Below the pieces are notes generated by a model that saw only the letters and a list, made by a program, of their open reading frames with translations, was not told the origin of the DNA and did no database searches. A stretch of DNA of 64,000 nt from a virus, in the IMG/VR virus record IMGVR_UViG_2915168811_000001; one strand, written 5' to 3'. The translations under genes and the position numbers were made by a program. This document shows, in pieces, positions 16,517 through 26,124 of this stretch; position 1 is the stretch's first letter, and every line of letters begins with the position of its first letter.

Positions 16517-17605
16517 ATGAACACGTCACTGAGGCACACGGCAGGAACAGTCACTGCGAGCGAGAAGGTCGGAGGCCGTTTTCGGTCGCAGGAGCGCGAC
16601 ACCGCTTCGGCGCCCCCAATCCCTGAAAGCGACGGTCCGCTGGACCGCTACTTCGACTCAGTGGAGGAGAAGGTCGCAGCTATGTCCGCGGAACTGGAAA
16701 CGCTGGTGAAGAACCTGGAGACGGATGAGGGCTGGAATAACTACCTCTCCGCGATGGAGAAGTTCCACAACTACTCCTTCGCGAATCAGATGCTGATCGC
16801 GATGCAGAAGCCGGACGCAACCAGAGTTGCCGGCAAAGGCGCTTGGGCGGCTCTCGGCCGCACTTTGAAGCCGGTCGAGGAACGCGGCCGCGGCATCTCC
16901 ATTTTCCGTCCAAAGATGGGGCGCGCTGACGCGAAGGACCAGGACGGGAATCCGCGCCTGGGCCCGGACGGCAAGCCTCTCAAGGAAATGCGGGTCTTCG
17001 GGTACACGACGACGACGGTGTACGACATCTCCCAGACCGAGGGATCTGAGCTTCCTGTGGGGGTGCCGCACCTCACGGAGGAGCCGCCCGCCGGTTTCAT
17101 TGAGGACCTCGAAGCTGCGATCACGGAACGTGGCTACCCGGTTTCGTATGAAGACATTCCTGGGTCGAAACGCGGATACACGTCCATCAACCGCCTGACC
17201 GGCGAACGTCGCGTAGTCGTGTCGTCGAATCTGCCGGTGGGCGATCGCGCTCACGTGCTGGCGCATGAGCTTGGACACATCGCCGCTGGCCATATGGATG
17301 AAACGGACGACTATCACACGGGTGAGGGCGGACGTCGCGGCGTCATGGAGGTGGAGGCTGAGTCGATCTCTCACGTGCTGACCCGCATGAACGGAATGCA
17401 GACTCCCGGGGAGGCGACAGCGCCGTATGTGGCCGGCTGGGCGAACGTGCAGGGCGGCGACTCCACCGTGAAGGACGCCGGCGTCCGAGTTCAGAAGGCG
17501 ATCAAGGAGATCGTCATCGGGCGGGTGTGGGCGAACGTCGATGGGTCAGGCCCGAAAGCGGAATATGTGCGCAAGCCGCGCGCGAAGAAGGGATCGAAGA
17601 AATGA
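16517..17605 (+). CDS. ardC: ArdC-like ssDNA-binding / zincin antirestriction protein with N-terminal GG(Q/R)F peptide
   Basis: FHNYSFANQMLIAMQKPDATRVAG..W..LGR (ArdC-N-like), VYDISQTEG, HELGHI and EVEAES metallopeptidase motifs. Confidence 0.8.
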   Translation: MNTSLRHTAGTVTASEKVGGRFRSQERDTASAPPIPESDGPLDRYFDSVEEKVAAMSAELETLVKNLETDEGWNNYLSAMEKFHNYSFANQMLIAMQKPDATRVAGKGAWAALGRTLKPVEERGRGISIFRPKMGRADAKDQDGNPRLGPDGKPLKEMRVFGYTTTTVYDISQTEGSELPVGVPHLTEEPPAGFIEDLEAAITERGYPVSYEDIPGSKRGYTSINRLTGERRVVVSSNLPVGDRAHVLAHELGHIAAGHMDETDDYHTGEGGRRGVMEVEAESISHVLTRMNGMQTPGEATAPYVAGWANVQGGDSTVKDAGVRVQKAIKEIVIGRVWANVDGSGPKAEYVRKPRAKKGSKK

Positions 17606-17826
17606 CAGCATCAGAGCGATTCGAGTTCCCCGTCGAGATCATCGACGAAGCGGAAGGCGAGGTCCTGATCTTCGATGACGCTGAGATGTTCGCAATGTTC
17701 GAGGAGGCCGAGGCGAGCAGTGACCCCACGTTCGACTACGACCAGATCCGTCGGCGCGCGCTGACGTTGCGCGATCACCTGTCATCCATGGTTGGCGAGC
17801 TCGACATCCTGCTTGCTGCGGCATGA
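17602..17826 (+). CDS. Small acidic hypothetical protein
   Basis: ATGA overlaps on both sides. Confidence 0.6.
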   Translation: MTASERFEFPVEIIDEAEGEVLIFDDAEMFAMFEEAEASSDPTFDYDQIRRRALTLRDHLSSMVGELDILLAAA

Positions 17827-18437
17827 CCGATCTGGATGAGCTGCTCACTGCAGCTGACACTGAACCACCAGCCGTCACTGCGGGTAAAGCGGATATGCCG
17901 GCGCCGCGCCGCCGCCGGTGGGGCGTCGTTGTGCTGTCCCTCCTCGCTATCGCGGCCCTCGGGATTTGCGGGTGGGTCTTGGCGGTCATCCTGACGACCG
18001 GGTCTCCACCGAAAGCTGTTGAGGAGTTCGTCGGCACCGCATCCACTGAGGTGAGGAAGGCCGCGACAACGGTCACTGGCGGCACCCCGACCGTCACGCT
18101 GGGTGGTGTTGGTGGGCAGGCGCAGTTGGATGTGTGCGACGGGAAGTTCATCGAGATGGATGCGTACCGCGTTCAGGCGGACCTGCCCCCAACGTTCTCG
18201 GCGCACAACGGCTGCGGCGGAGACACCGTACTGATGGTTCCGGTGGGCGGGGTGATCGACGTAGTCGGTCGCGACGGCGTCACGCGCACGTTCACAGTGA
18301 CGGAGGAGCGTCGACTGAACAAGGACACGACGACGACCGCCGATGTTGCCGGGATGACAGGCGAACATATCCTGCAGACCTGCTTCTGGGACGACGCGAC
18401 AATGCGGTTCATCTCACTGGCACCGGCAGCAGTCTGA
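17823..18437 (+). CDS. Sortase-like protein
   Basis: N-terminal TM after RRRR; AHNGC His, LQTC catalytic Cys, downstream Arg. Confidence 0.7.
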   Translation: MTDLDELLTAADTEPPAVTAGKADMPAPRRRRWGVVVLSLLAIAALGICGWVLAVILTTGSPPKAVEEFVGTASTEVRKAATTVTGGTPTVTLGGVGGQAQLDVCDGKFIEMDAYRVQADLPPTFSAHNGCGGDTVLMVPVGGVIDVVGRDGVTRTFTVTEERRLNKDTTTTADVAGMTGEHILQTCFWDDATMRFISLAPAAV

Positions 18438-18475
18438 AAAATCTTTTGGGAAGTTCGTCACATTTTGGCGTGAGG

Positions 18476-18487
18476 CCGCGCATAACT
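18476..18487 (+). promoter_or_regulatory. Class A motif CCGCGCATAACT
   Basis: Upstream of 18544. Confidence 0.75.
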
Positions 18488-18543
18488 ATGGGTGCCACCG
18501 ATGGTGGTCCATTGGAGTACCCAAAACACGAAAGGATTTACCC

Positions 18544-19914
18544 ATGAACGACAAGAGCAGCGGCACCGACGGGGACATCACCCCCGAGGGCACCGCGACG
18601 CCTGACACGACTGCTGTTGCAGTTGCGGCTCCCGTGAAGAAGCGGGTCACGAAGCGCACCGCCCTGATTGCTGGTGGCGTTGCTGTCGCTCTGCTCGCCG
18701 GCGCTGCGGCGTTCGCTACCCCGGTCCTGATCCACAACAGCCAGGTGTCCAGCTACAACGCAATCGTGGATGAGTCGGCGACGGTCCGTGCCGATCAGAC
18801 CACAGCGTTCCAGCTCGCTGAGCTCGGCGAGCCGATCTACAACCGCGAGCTCGTCGAAGCTGCTGGCCTGGCCGGCAAGATCGCCGGTTTCGGTAAGACG
18901 GCTGAGCCGGTGCTGACGAAGAAGCAGGCTGAGGAGCTCGGCAAGGCCGGCGCGGTCGCTGTGAAGGCGATCGGTGAGGCTCCGAAGATTGACCCGAAGG
19001 CGGAGTTCGAGGTTCGCCTGGCTGAGCTGACCAAGGCTGATGAGGCTGCGGCGAAGAAGGCTTCGGATGCGAAGAAGGATGCGCCTGAGAAGGTCGTTCC
19101 GGCGTCGTTCCTGGGTCTGCCTGCCGCTGAGGTGGCCGCTGCTGTCGATCCGAAGTCGGATCTGAGTGAGTTCCCGCTGCCGGCCGCGAAGACGGTCGCT
19201 GACGAGAAGGTGAACGGCGACGTTGTCTCGGCTGCGGAGAAGGATCTCGCTGACGCGAAGGCGTGGCTGGCGAAGACCCAGAAGGCTGCTGACGGCTGGT
19301 CGGCGAAGTCCGACAAGCTCGTCGCCGCGCTGGACGCCACGGCACCGGCGGTTGACGCTGCTGCGAAGGGCGCTCCGGTGCAGGCGAAGGCTGTTGTGGC
19401 CGCTGCCCCGAAGGCTTCGGCTGAGGCACAGAAGAAGGTGACCACGACCGCTCAGGCGGCCGCTGACGCGGTGAAGGGCGGCGACTCGATCGTCACTGCC
19501 CGTGCGCTGGTCGCATATGTCGATGCCGCGAACGCTGCGGTGGCAGCACACAAGGCCCAGGTCGACAAGGAAGCTGCCGAAGCCGCTGCGGCTGCCGCGG
19601 CCGCTGCAGCGGCAGAAGCTGCCGCGAACGGTGCAAGCGGTTACACCGACCCGAACACCGGCGGCTGGGTGCCCAGCAACAACGGCGGCGGTGGCGGCGG
19701 TAACTGGGGCGGCGGCGGCACGACCGGCGGCGGTAACTGGGGCGGCGGTGGCGGCGGCGGCACGACCGGCGGCGGCGGCTCGACTGGCGGTGGCGGTGGC
19801 GGAGCGCCTGTTTGCCCCGGCCCTCCTGGCCCTGGGTGGTACCAAGGTGGTGGCTCTTCCGGTGGCTGCCCGACCTGGGTTGCTCCGGGTAGCGGCGGCG
19901 TCGACGACTGGTAA
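18544..19914 (+). CDS. Membrane-anchored Ala-rich coiled-coil surface protein with Gly-rich C-terminus
   Basis: KKRVTKR plus TM; long helical region; GGGGNWGGGG repeats and CPGPPGP...CPTW tail; RBS GAAAGGA. Confidence 0.75.
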   Translation: MNDKSSGTDGDITPEGTATPDTTAVAVAAPVKKRVTKRTALIAGGVAVALLAGAAAFATPVLIHNSQVSSYNAIVDESATVRADQTTAFQLAELGEPIYNRELVEAAGLAGKIAGFGKTAEPVLTKKQAEELGKAGAVAVKAIGEAPKIDPKAEFEVRLAELTKADEAAAKKASDAKKDAPEKVVPASFLGLPAAEVAAAVDPKSDLSEFPLPAAKTVADEKVNGDVVSAAEKDLADAKAWLAKTQKAADGWSAKSDKLVAALDATAPAVDAAAKGAPVQAKAVVAAAPKASAEAQKKVTTTAQAAADAVKGGDSIVTARALVAYVDAANAAVAAHKAQVDKEAAEAAAAAAAAAAAEAAANGASGYTDPNTGGWVPSNNGGGGGGNWGGGGTTGGGNWGGGGGGGTTGGGGSTGGGGGGAPVCPGPPGPGWYQGGGSSGGCPTWVAPGSGGVDDW

Positions 19915-19934
19915 ACCGCTGCTGTGAAGCTGTT

Positions 19935-19964
19935 GGGGTGTCACTTTAGGGTGGCACCCCTTTT
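19935..19964 (+). terminator. Intrinsic terminator
   Basis: GGGGTGTCAC/GTGGCACCCC plus TTTT. Confidence 0.8.
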
Positions 19965-20128
19965 GCGTGCGTGGACGCAGAAGTTGCGCGGCAGTCGATG
20001 CCATGGGAATGCTCCTCGGTAACGGGATGCTCGGCCTGTTCGGCCTCACCCCATTGATGCGCGGCAGCTGGCAGGGGTTTTGACGCTCTCAGCTGTTTTC
20101 CAGGTTCACGAGGGAATTCGGGCTGATC

Positions 20129-20142
20129 GGATCGCATGTGTG
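20129..20142 (+). promoter_or_regulatory. Class B motif GGATCGCATGTGTG
   Basis: Upstream of the adhesin gene. Confidence 0.7.
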
Positions 20143-20220
20143 TGGGAGAAGGCAATTTTTCTTGCCGGAAGTGATGCGCTGCCACAAGGGCAGGCAGACT
20201 GACCCGAAAGGCACCACACG

Positions 20221-23088
20221 ATGCACAGCATGGCCCCGCCGCTGAATCGAGCCGAGCGACGCAAGCTCGGCAACACCAGCAAGAAGTTCGTTGCTCTGAC
20301 CCTCGCCGGTCTCGTTGTCGCCAGCGGCATGTCCGCCAGCGCAACCCTTTTCCCGACGTCCCGCGCTGAAGCGATCACCATCGGCGCAGGCATCTGGGAC
20401 GGCAGCGGCGTCGGCACCGGCTCCCTGGCGCACTCCAGCGGCCAGCAGGTGTACTGCATGGAGCTCGGCCGCATCGTCGATGGGGCGAACTCCGACGCGG
20501 CTCTCTCGCCGACCGCGACGCTTCCGGGCTACAACGCCGCGTCGTTCAACTTCCAGGGCACCAACTTCAACAACGTCAGCACTGGCGATGTTTCAGGTGT
20601 AGAGATTCAGAAGCTCAACTACGTCATGCAGAAGTACGGCCAGACCGCCGACCCCCAGCAGGCCGCAGCGGTGCAGCTCGCAATCTGGCAGCTGCGTTCG
20701 GCTGGTGCCAGCCAGTCCTACAACGACCTCCTCGCGCTCCAGACCTCCTGGACTGAGCAGCGCTCCCCCGGTGTGACGGATCGCGCGAACGCGATGGTCG
20801 CCGAAGCGCAGAGCGCAAGCTTCGCCGCAACAGCACCCGCATCGCCGGTGATTTCGATGCCAATGCCCTATGCGGGGACGGTGAACCTCGAGGCGGGCAC
20901 CACTGACGTCACGATCACCAATGGCCAGTTCCACTCGCCTCCCGCAGGTGTCACGCTGTCAGCAGACGGCAAGACGGCCACCATCACAGACGGCGCAGCG
21001 AAGTCGATCCCGTTCTTCGGCCAGCCGCCTGAGCTGGAGAACGGCGACATTGATCGCTTCTACCCCGTCACGGTCAACGGCAACTACTCCGTGGCGATCG
21101 CCAGCACCGAGGTCAACTACTCCCGCAACGGCGGCATCTCCCAGGGCGTTGGCGCTCCCGGCGCAGGTGGCACCGAAGAGGGCGCATTCGAGGCAGTCGC
21201 TTTTGACCCCGACACCATCTGGTCGCCATCCCTGACCACGGAGACCCCGTCGAAGATCATCCCCAAGGGCGAGAAGTTCAACGACACCGTCACGTTCGGC
21301 GTCGCCGAGAACTCCAACCCCTGGCGCGTTGGTTTCACCTCCGCTGGTGCGAAGAAGTTCGCACCTATCACGGCCAAGGGAACGCTCTACGGCCCGTTCC
21401 TGACGGATCCTGCACTGAACCCGTCCGCCACGCCTCCCGTGGGTGCTCCGGTCGCAGCGACGGCCACGGTGACGACGGACGCTCTTGTGGGCCCCGGAGC
21501 CTATGAGGTCGAGACTGACATCGTCTCGCAGGAGGCCGGCTACTACACCTGGAAGTGGGACATTGTCGGCGATGACCAGGCACCCTCGGTCGTCAGCCCG
21601 GCTTCGGGCCACTCGTCGCTCCCGGAGAACTACTTCTTCACCGACGGCTTCGGCACGGTGTCGGAAGGTCAGCTGACCGGTTCGGACATTCAGTTCTCGA
21701 CCCAGCTCTCCGACGACCAGGTCACCATCGGCGGCTCGTTCACCGACGAGCTGAACGTGTTCCTCGCGAACGGCGGCTGGCTGCAGACGGACGGTGCGCG
21801 CACCGAGTTCGTGGTGCAGGGTGTCGTGTACGGCCTGAACGAGCGCCCGACGCAGTCGGACGAGGTTCCCGCTGACGCCGCTGTGATGGCGACGACTCAG
21901 ATGACGATCAACGGCCCCGGCAAGGTGAACTCCGAGCCGATCACCGTCCCGCTGAACACCGAGTACGACTTCCTGACGGTGCGCTGGTGCCTCACGGACG
22001 ACCTGCAGACCCCGGAGAACGCCGGTAAGGCTGTCGAGTTCTGCGACGACTTCGGAGTCCCTTCGGAGACCGCCGAAATCGTCCGTCCCGAGGTCAGCAC
22101 GCTCGCGCAGCCTGACGGCGCAGTGAAGGGCAACATCAAGGACAAGGGGTTCATCGAAGGCAGCATGCCCGACCTGCCCGCCGAGATCGGATTCACCGCC
22201 TACATGAAGCCCGAGGTCGGCAAGCCGGTTCTCGATGAGAACTGGAAGCCGACCGTCGACGAGGCCGGCGAGCCCGTGCTGTGGACGCAAGAGATGATCG
22301 ACGAGGTCGGCGAGGACGCGATCTGCTCAGCACAGCCCGTCGCGACGACCGAGCGCGTCCCCGTGACCGGCACCGGAACCTACGACTCCCCTGAGGTTCT
22401 CGCGAACACGCCTGGCACCGTCTACTGGGTCGAGGAGCTCTTCATTGAGGATCCTGAGACCGGCGAGATGGTTTCCGTCCACAAGGGCGAGTGCGGCCTG
22501 CCGAACGAGACCACCATCGTGGACTACCCGAAGGTGACCACGAAGGCGACCCCCGAGGCTATCCCCGGTGACAGCATCTTCGACACGGGAATCGTTGACG
22601 GAGTTCTCTCCACCCGCGACGAGGTCAGCTACGAACTGACGTTCGAGGCGTACGAGAACAAGAACGGCCCGACCACCGCTCCGGACGAGAAGCTCTGCAC
22701 GGTTGACTCGAAGGTGTGGGAGTCCACGGAGCCCACCGCCGTCGGTTCGACGGGCGAGTACAAGTCGGAGTCGTGGAAGGTCACGACTGAGCAGATCGGA
22801 TCCGAGATCCTCTGGGTGGAAACCCTCTGGATGACGGAGAAGACGGACGAGGGCGAGATCAAGTCGGAGATCCACCGCGGCGAATGCGGCGCGGCCGACG
22901 AGATCACCCGAGTCAAGGCAGCCCCGGCCGCGGCAGCAGCTGCAACCGGTACTGACCTCGCTCTCCCGATCGGCATCGGCGCCGCAGCCATCGTGCTCCT
23001 CGCCGCAGGTGGCCTCATCGTCACCCGCCGCCGTCGCAACCGCCTCACCGCTGCCCCGGCAGCAGCTGAGGGCGTCAGCGCGGAGTAA
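20221..23088 (+). CDS. Cell-wall-anchored adhesin with thioester-like domain and tandem Ig-like repeats
   Basis: Signal peptide; VYCMELG and AVQLAIW (YC / TQxAIW-type); four repeats; C-terminal AAATG + TM + RRRR sorting-like signal. Confidence 0.75.
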   Translation: MHSMAPPLNRAERRKLGNTSKKFVALTLAGLVVASGMSASATLFPTSRAEAITIGAGIWDGSGVGTGSLAHSSGQQVYCMELGRIVDGANSDAALSPTATLPGYNAASFNFQGTNFNNVSTGDVSGVEIQKLNYVMQKYGQTADPQQAAAVQLAIWQLRSAGASQSYNDLLALQTSWTEQRSPGVTDRANAMVAEAQSASFAATAPASPVISMPMPYAGTVNLEAGTTDVTITNGQFHSPPAGVTLSADGKTATITDGAAKSIPFFGQPPELENGDIDRFYPVTVNGNYSVAIASTEVNYSRNGGISQGVGAPGAGGTEEGAFEAVAFDPDTIWSPSLTTETPSKIIPKGEKFNDTVTFGVAENSNPWRVGFTSAGAKKFAPITAKGTLYGPFLTDPALNPSATPPVGAPVAATATVTTDALVGPGAYEVETDIVSQEAGYYTWKWDIVGDDQAPSVVSPASGHSSLPENYFFTDGFGTVSEGQLTGSDIQFSTQLSDDQVTIGGSFTDELNVFLANGGWLQTDGARTEFVVQGVVYGLNERPTQSDEVPADAAVMATTQMTINGPGKVNSEPITVPLNTEYDFLTVRWCLTDDLQTPENAGKAVEFCDDFGVPSETAEIVRPEVSTLAQPDGAVKGNIKDKGFIEGSMPDLPAEIGFTAYMKPEVGKPVLDENWKPTVDEAGEPVLWTQEMIDEVGEDAICSAQPVATTERVPVTGTGTYDSPEVLANTPGTVYWVEELFIEDPETGEMVSVHKGECGLPNETTIVDYPKVTTKATPEAIPGDSIFDTGIVDGVLSTRDEVSYELTFEAYENKNGPTTAPDEKLCTVDSKVWESTEPTAVGSTGEYKSESWKVTTEQIGSEILWVETLWMTEKTDEGEIKSEIHRGECGAADEITRVKAAPAAAAAATGTDLALPIGIGAAAIVLLAAGGLIVTRRRRNRLTAAPAAAEGVSAE

Positions 23089-23094
23089 CAGAAT

Positions 23095-23190
23095 CCGGGG
23101 CGGCGATGTTGTGCCGCCGCCCCGGTAATGGGTTCCCCCGGACCCGCACCACCAGAAAGCCCCGGTCTAGCCCTTGGGACCGGGGCTTTC
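23095..23190. terminator. Two tandem hairpins
   Basis: ccggggcggcg/cgccgccccgg and gaaagccccggtc/gaccggggctttc. Confidence 0.75.
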
Positions 23191-23399
23191 GCCTTGCCAT
23201 GGGGCATCTCGCGTGACACGCCTGACGTTCACAGCCTGCCACAGCCCGCCGTATGGCGTGCGCGTCAGCTACTCGCGGTGTCGCGCTACCCTGATGCTGT
23301 CTCGATGCACCTCGTATGCAGGTGAAGCAATGCGTATGCAGTTGCGACACACCGGCGCGGCAAGCGTATGACACGGATGGCGCAGTACAGAATGTGACC

Positions 23400-23888
23400 A
23401 TGAGTACCGCAGCAGTTGTCAGCCCCCGAGTCGCCGAAGGTGGCCGGAAGACCGAACGCGGCTCCTACTCAATGCCCCTGGCACTGAAGGAGCAGATCGA
23501 TTCGGCGGCGAATGAATCCGGGATGTACGCCTCGACGTATCTCGAGCTCCTGCTGCAAACTCGTTTCCCCGAAGGCCTTCCCCGCCTGGTGATGGTTTCC
23601 ATCGGCAAGGACGGCACTCGCCACGAAATCCCCCTCGGCATGCTCAAGCGCGTCACGATGCAGCTTGCAGCCGAAGAGGGCAAGACGGTCCGTCCGACCT
23701 ACACTTTCACCTCTGACCTCAAGGCGAGCATTGAGCAGGCGGCAGAAGCCTCGCAGCTTGGCTCAGCCTCCGCCTACCTCCGCCGGCTACTGGCTCAGGC
23801 CTGGCCCGAAGGACTGCCGCACTTTGGCATGGCGATGTTTGATCTTGACGACCTCCAGCTGACCGAAGGGAATATCGCGATGGTCTAG
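23400..23888 (+). CDS. Tandem ribbon-helix-helix (CopG-like) regulator
   Basis: Two internal repeats SYSMPLALKEQIDSAA...STYLELLL...PEGLP / TYTFTSDLKASIEQAA...SAYLRRLL...PEGLP; CAGAAT + 6 nt + ATG suggests leaderless expression. Confidence 0.65.
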   Translation: MSTAAVVSPRVAEGGRKTERGSYSMPLALKEQIDSAANESGMYASTYLELLLQTRFPEGLPRLVMVSIGKDGTRHEIPLGMLKRVTMQLAAEEGKTVRPTYTFTSDLKASIEQAAEASQLGSASAYLRRLLAQAWPEGLPHFGMAMFDLDDLQLTEGNIAMV

Positions 23889-23957
23889 GAGCGAGCGGCA
23901 CGCCCGCGGCACCGGCTTGGCGGCTGGAGCGGCACACGGCGAGAGGCCCGCAAACGA

Positions 23958-23989
23958 CGAAAGCCCCAGCTTGGCGGCTGAGGCTTTCG
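23958..23989. terminator. Hairpin between RHH gene and rep
   Basis: cgaaagcc-cagc/gctg-aggctttcg. Confidence 0.55.
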
Positions 23990-24081
23990 GGAAAAGTTCT
24001 CGGGAATAGATTTGGCGATCGACCCGAGTAAGTGGACTAGAACCCGCATCTGAATCGAAGATCCAGATAATCACGGGGGCT

Positions 24082-26124
24082 TTGTCATGTTTTGTTATCG
24101 AACCCATCCAAGCGGTTTTGGCGAACCGTTGTGTTTTGGAAGGCAGGATCATCGTAACCCGGAAGCGACCGAAATTCCAGGTAGTTCCCGCAAACGACCC
24201 GTTGGCGTGTCGTGAATCAGCGGAACTCTCTTGGCAGCTCACGCGGGACATTTCCCCGCGGAGCCGAGTTCGTGTCCCCTCACAGGAGGCGTCCGGGGTG
24301 TGGACGAATGCGTACCCGGTCACCCACAAAACCGCTGATGAGATCCCTGTTTCACCGTGGGCAATGCCGCTCACCGACAACCGCAACGAATACCGCTTCC
24401 TGAGCTTCGACTTCGACGCAAAAGCAGGGAACCCGGCGAAGGATTCGGCGCGACTCATCGCCATTCTGGACGCCGCGAACATCGGGCGTGTCGCCACAAC
24501 TTCCGGCCCCACTGGAGGCCGCCACGTATGGGTCGGAATGGCCGAATCGGCGCCGCCTGAGCTCGTGCGGAAGCTCGCCCAGCTTGCAAAGTCGCTGTGG
24601 CCGTCACTGGATACGACACCGCTCATGAACGCCGCCACAGGCTCCGTGCGGCCCCCGTTCTCCCCGCACCGCGTCCCTGGATATTGGTCCCGCCCTGACT
24701 TCACTGACTGGGATTGTGAAGCGCTGAAAACGCCGTCGACGACCCTTCAGCAGCTGCGTCTACTCATCCTTCATCTTGAGGACATTGGCGCCGAACTTCC
24801 CGTATCTGCGATGCAGAAACTCCACGGCGTGAAGTTTGACAGTGATGGAAACGCGCACCTCTCCGGCGCGCAGCGGAAGGTGTCGACGAGCGTCCAGGTT
24901 CTGCTGGCCACGATCCCTCCTGACGGAGCGGACCTCTCAGTCCTCGCATCACGCATCCTCGCCGGCCTGGCCCGCGCGCGTCATTCATATAAGTCCGTCC
25001 GACAGCTTGCCGAGACGGCTCCTGGGCTCGAACATCTGCGGTCGATCGCTCATCCCTCCGGGGGACGCGTCCCGCGCACTGCCCGGGGTGCAGAGGCGAC
25101 CTTGGCGCGCAAATGGGGGTACGCGGTGCAGTTCGTGGCCCTCTCCCCTGCGACTGCCGCTACAGCGGACGACGACGAGTTCGAGGACCGCCTGATCGAC
25201 GTCACAGACCAGGTGGCTCAGGCGCTTGACCACGCAGCGACGATGCCGGGTCGCTGGCTGCGCTCAGGACAGGCTCACCGCCTGGTCCTGGACGCGCTCT
25301 GCACGAACTTCCTCCTAGCGGTGCGCACTGAGATTGAGATGGACGTGCGACGGCTCGCAGAAGCCACTGGATACTCCCGCAGCACGTGCGCGCGAGCTCT
25401 TCACGCGCTGGCGGCAGATGGATGGGTGGAGCGCACTGAGCTTGCTGATGGAGTTCACGGAGCCCGCTGGCGGCTGAACCCCAAAAAGTTCTCCACAAGG
25501 CAAGTCGGTACTGATGGGACACAAGGGGTGACCCGCGCCCCCTCCTTCGGCCTCCCCCGTGAGACCCTGCTGCGCACCCTCGAGCATCGGCTTTCGCTCG
25601 AAGCCCAGCCTCTTTTCGCGGCTACCGGTTCGCTGGGACGTCTCGCAGGTCGAATCGTCTCCCTCGCCCCAGGTGAGGTGGCGTTTACGCTCGAGGACCT
25701 CGCCGGCTGGCTCCCCCTCCCGCGCGGCACCCTCCTGCGAGCATTGCGCAGTCTCCACACGCACGGGCTTGCTGCCAAGCTTTCGGCCGGTAACTGGATC
25801 CTCCAGCTCACCGAGTTCAGCATCCGGCGGGCCACAGACGTCCTAGGCCTCACCAACTGGTCCCGCCATCGTGCTGAACGCCTCGCGACAGAGCGCTACG
25901 TCTGGTCCTGGTGGACAGCCGAAGTCACCTGGATGCGCAAGCGGAAGAAACGACGAGACCGCCGGGCGGGATCAGGCTCCACACCTCTGTTCGGTGGACT
26001 GAGCCAGATCCCCTCCTTCCCTCGCTACCCACGGAATGCGAAGCGTCGCGGTGACCATGCACTCGCGCGCGCCCTTGCCGAGCTCAGAGATACCGAGTCG
26101 CTTGGCCGCGCCGCGGCCGCCTAG
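24082..26124 (+). CDS. Plasmid replication protein (prim-pol-like N-terminus, wHTH C-terminus)
   Basis: FLSFDFDAK (DxD), SGPTGGRHVW, SVRPP; MDVRRLAEATGYSRSTCARAL HTH; start uncertain. Confidence 0.7.
   Translation: MSCFVIEPIQAVLANRCVLEGRIIVTRKRPKFQVVPANDPLACRESAELSWQLTRDISPRSRVRVPSQEASGVWTNAYPVTHKTADEIPVSPWAMPLTDNRNEYRFLSFDFDAKAGNPAKDSARLIAILDAANIGRVATTSGPTGGRHVWVGMAESAPPELVRKLAQLAKSLWPSLDTTPLMNAATGSVRPPFSPHRVPGYWSRPDFTDWDCEALKTPSTTLQQLRLLILHLEDIGAELPVSAMQKLHGVKFDSDGNAHLSGAQRKVSTSVQVLLATIPPDGADLSVLASRILAGLARARHSYKSVRQLAETAPGLEHLRSIAHPSGGRVPRTARGAEATLARKWGYAVQFVALSPATAATADDDEFEDRLIDVTDQVAQALDHAATMPGRWLRSGQAHRLVLDALCTNFLLAVRTEIEMDVRRLAEATGYSRSTCARALHALAADGWVERTELADGVHGARWRLNPKKFSTRQVGTDGTQGVTRAPSFGLPRETLLRTLEHRLSLEAQPLFAATGSLGRLAGRIVSLAPGEVAFTLEDLAGWLPLPRGTLLRALRSLHTHGLAAKLSAGNWILQLTEFSIRRATDVLGLTNWSRHRAERLATERYVWSWWTAEVTWMRKRKKRRDRRAGSGSTPLFGGLSQIPSFPRYPRNAKRRGDHALARALAELRDTESLGRAAAA

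Noticed and set aside
18538-20049. 503-aa antisense ORF as a confident gene
   Set aside because: It fully overlaps a well-supported plus-strand gene and its composition is typical of a high-GC shadow frame; only the upstream signals are reported, as a low-interest finding.
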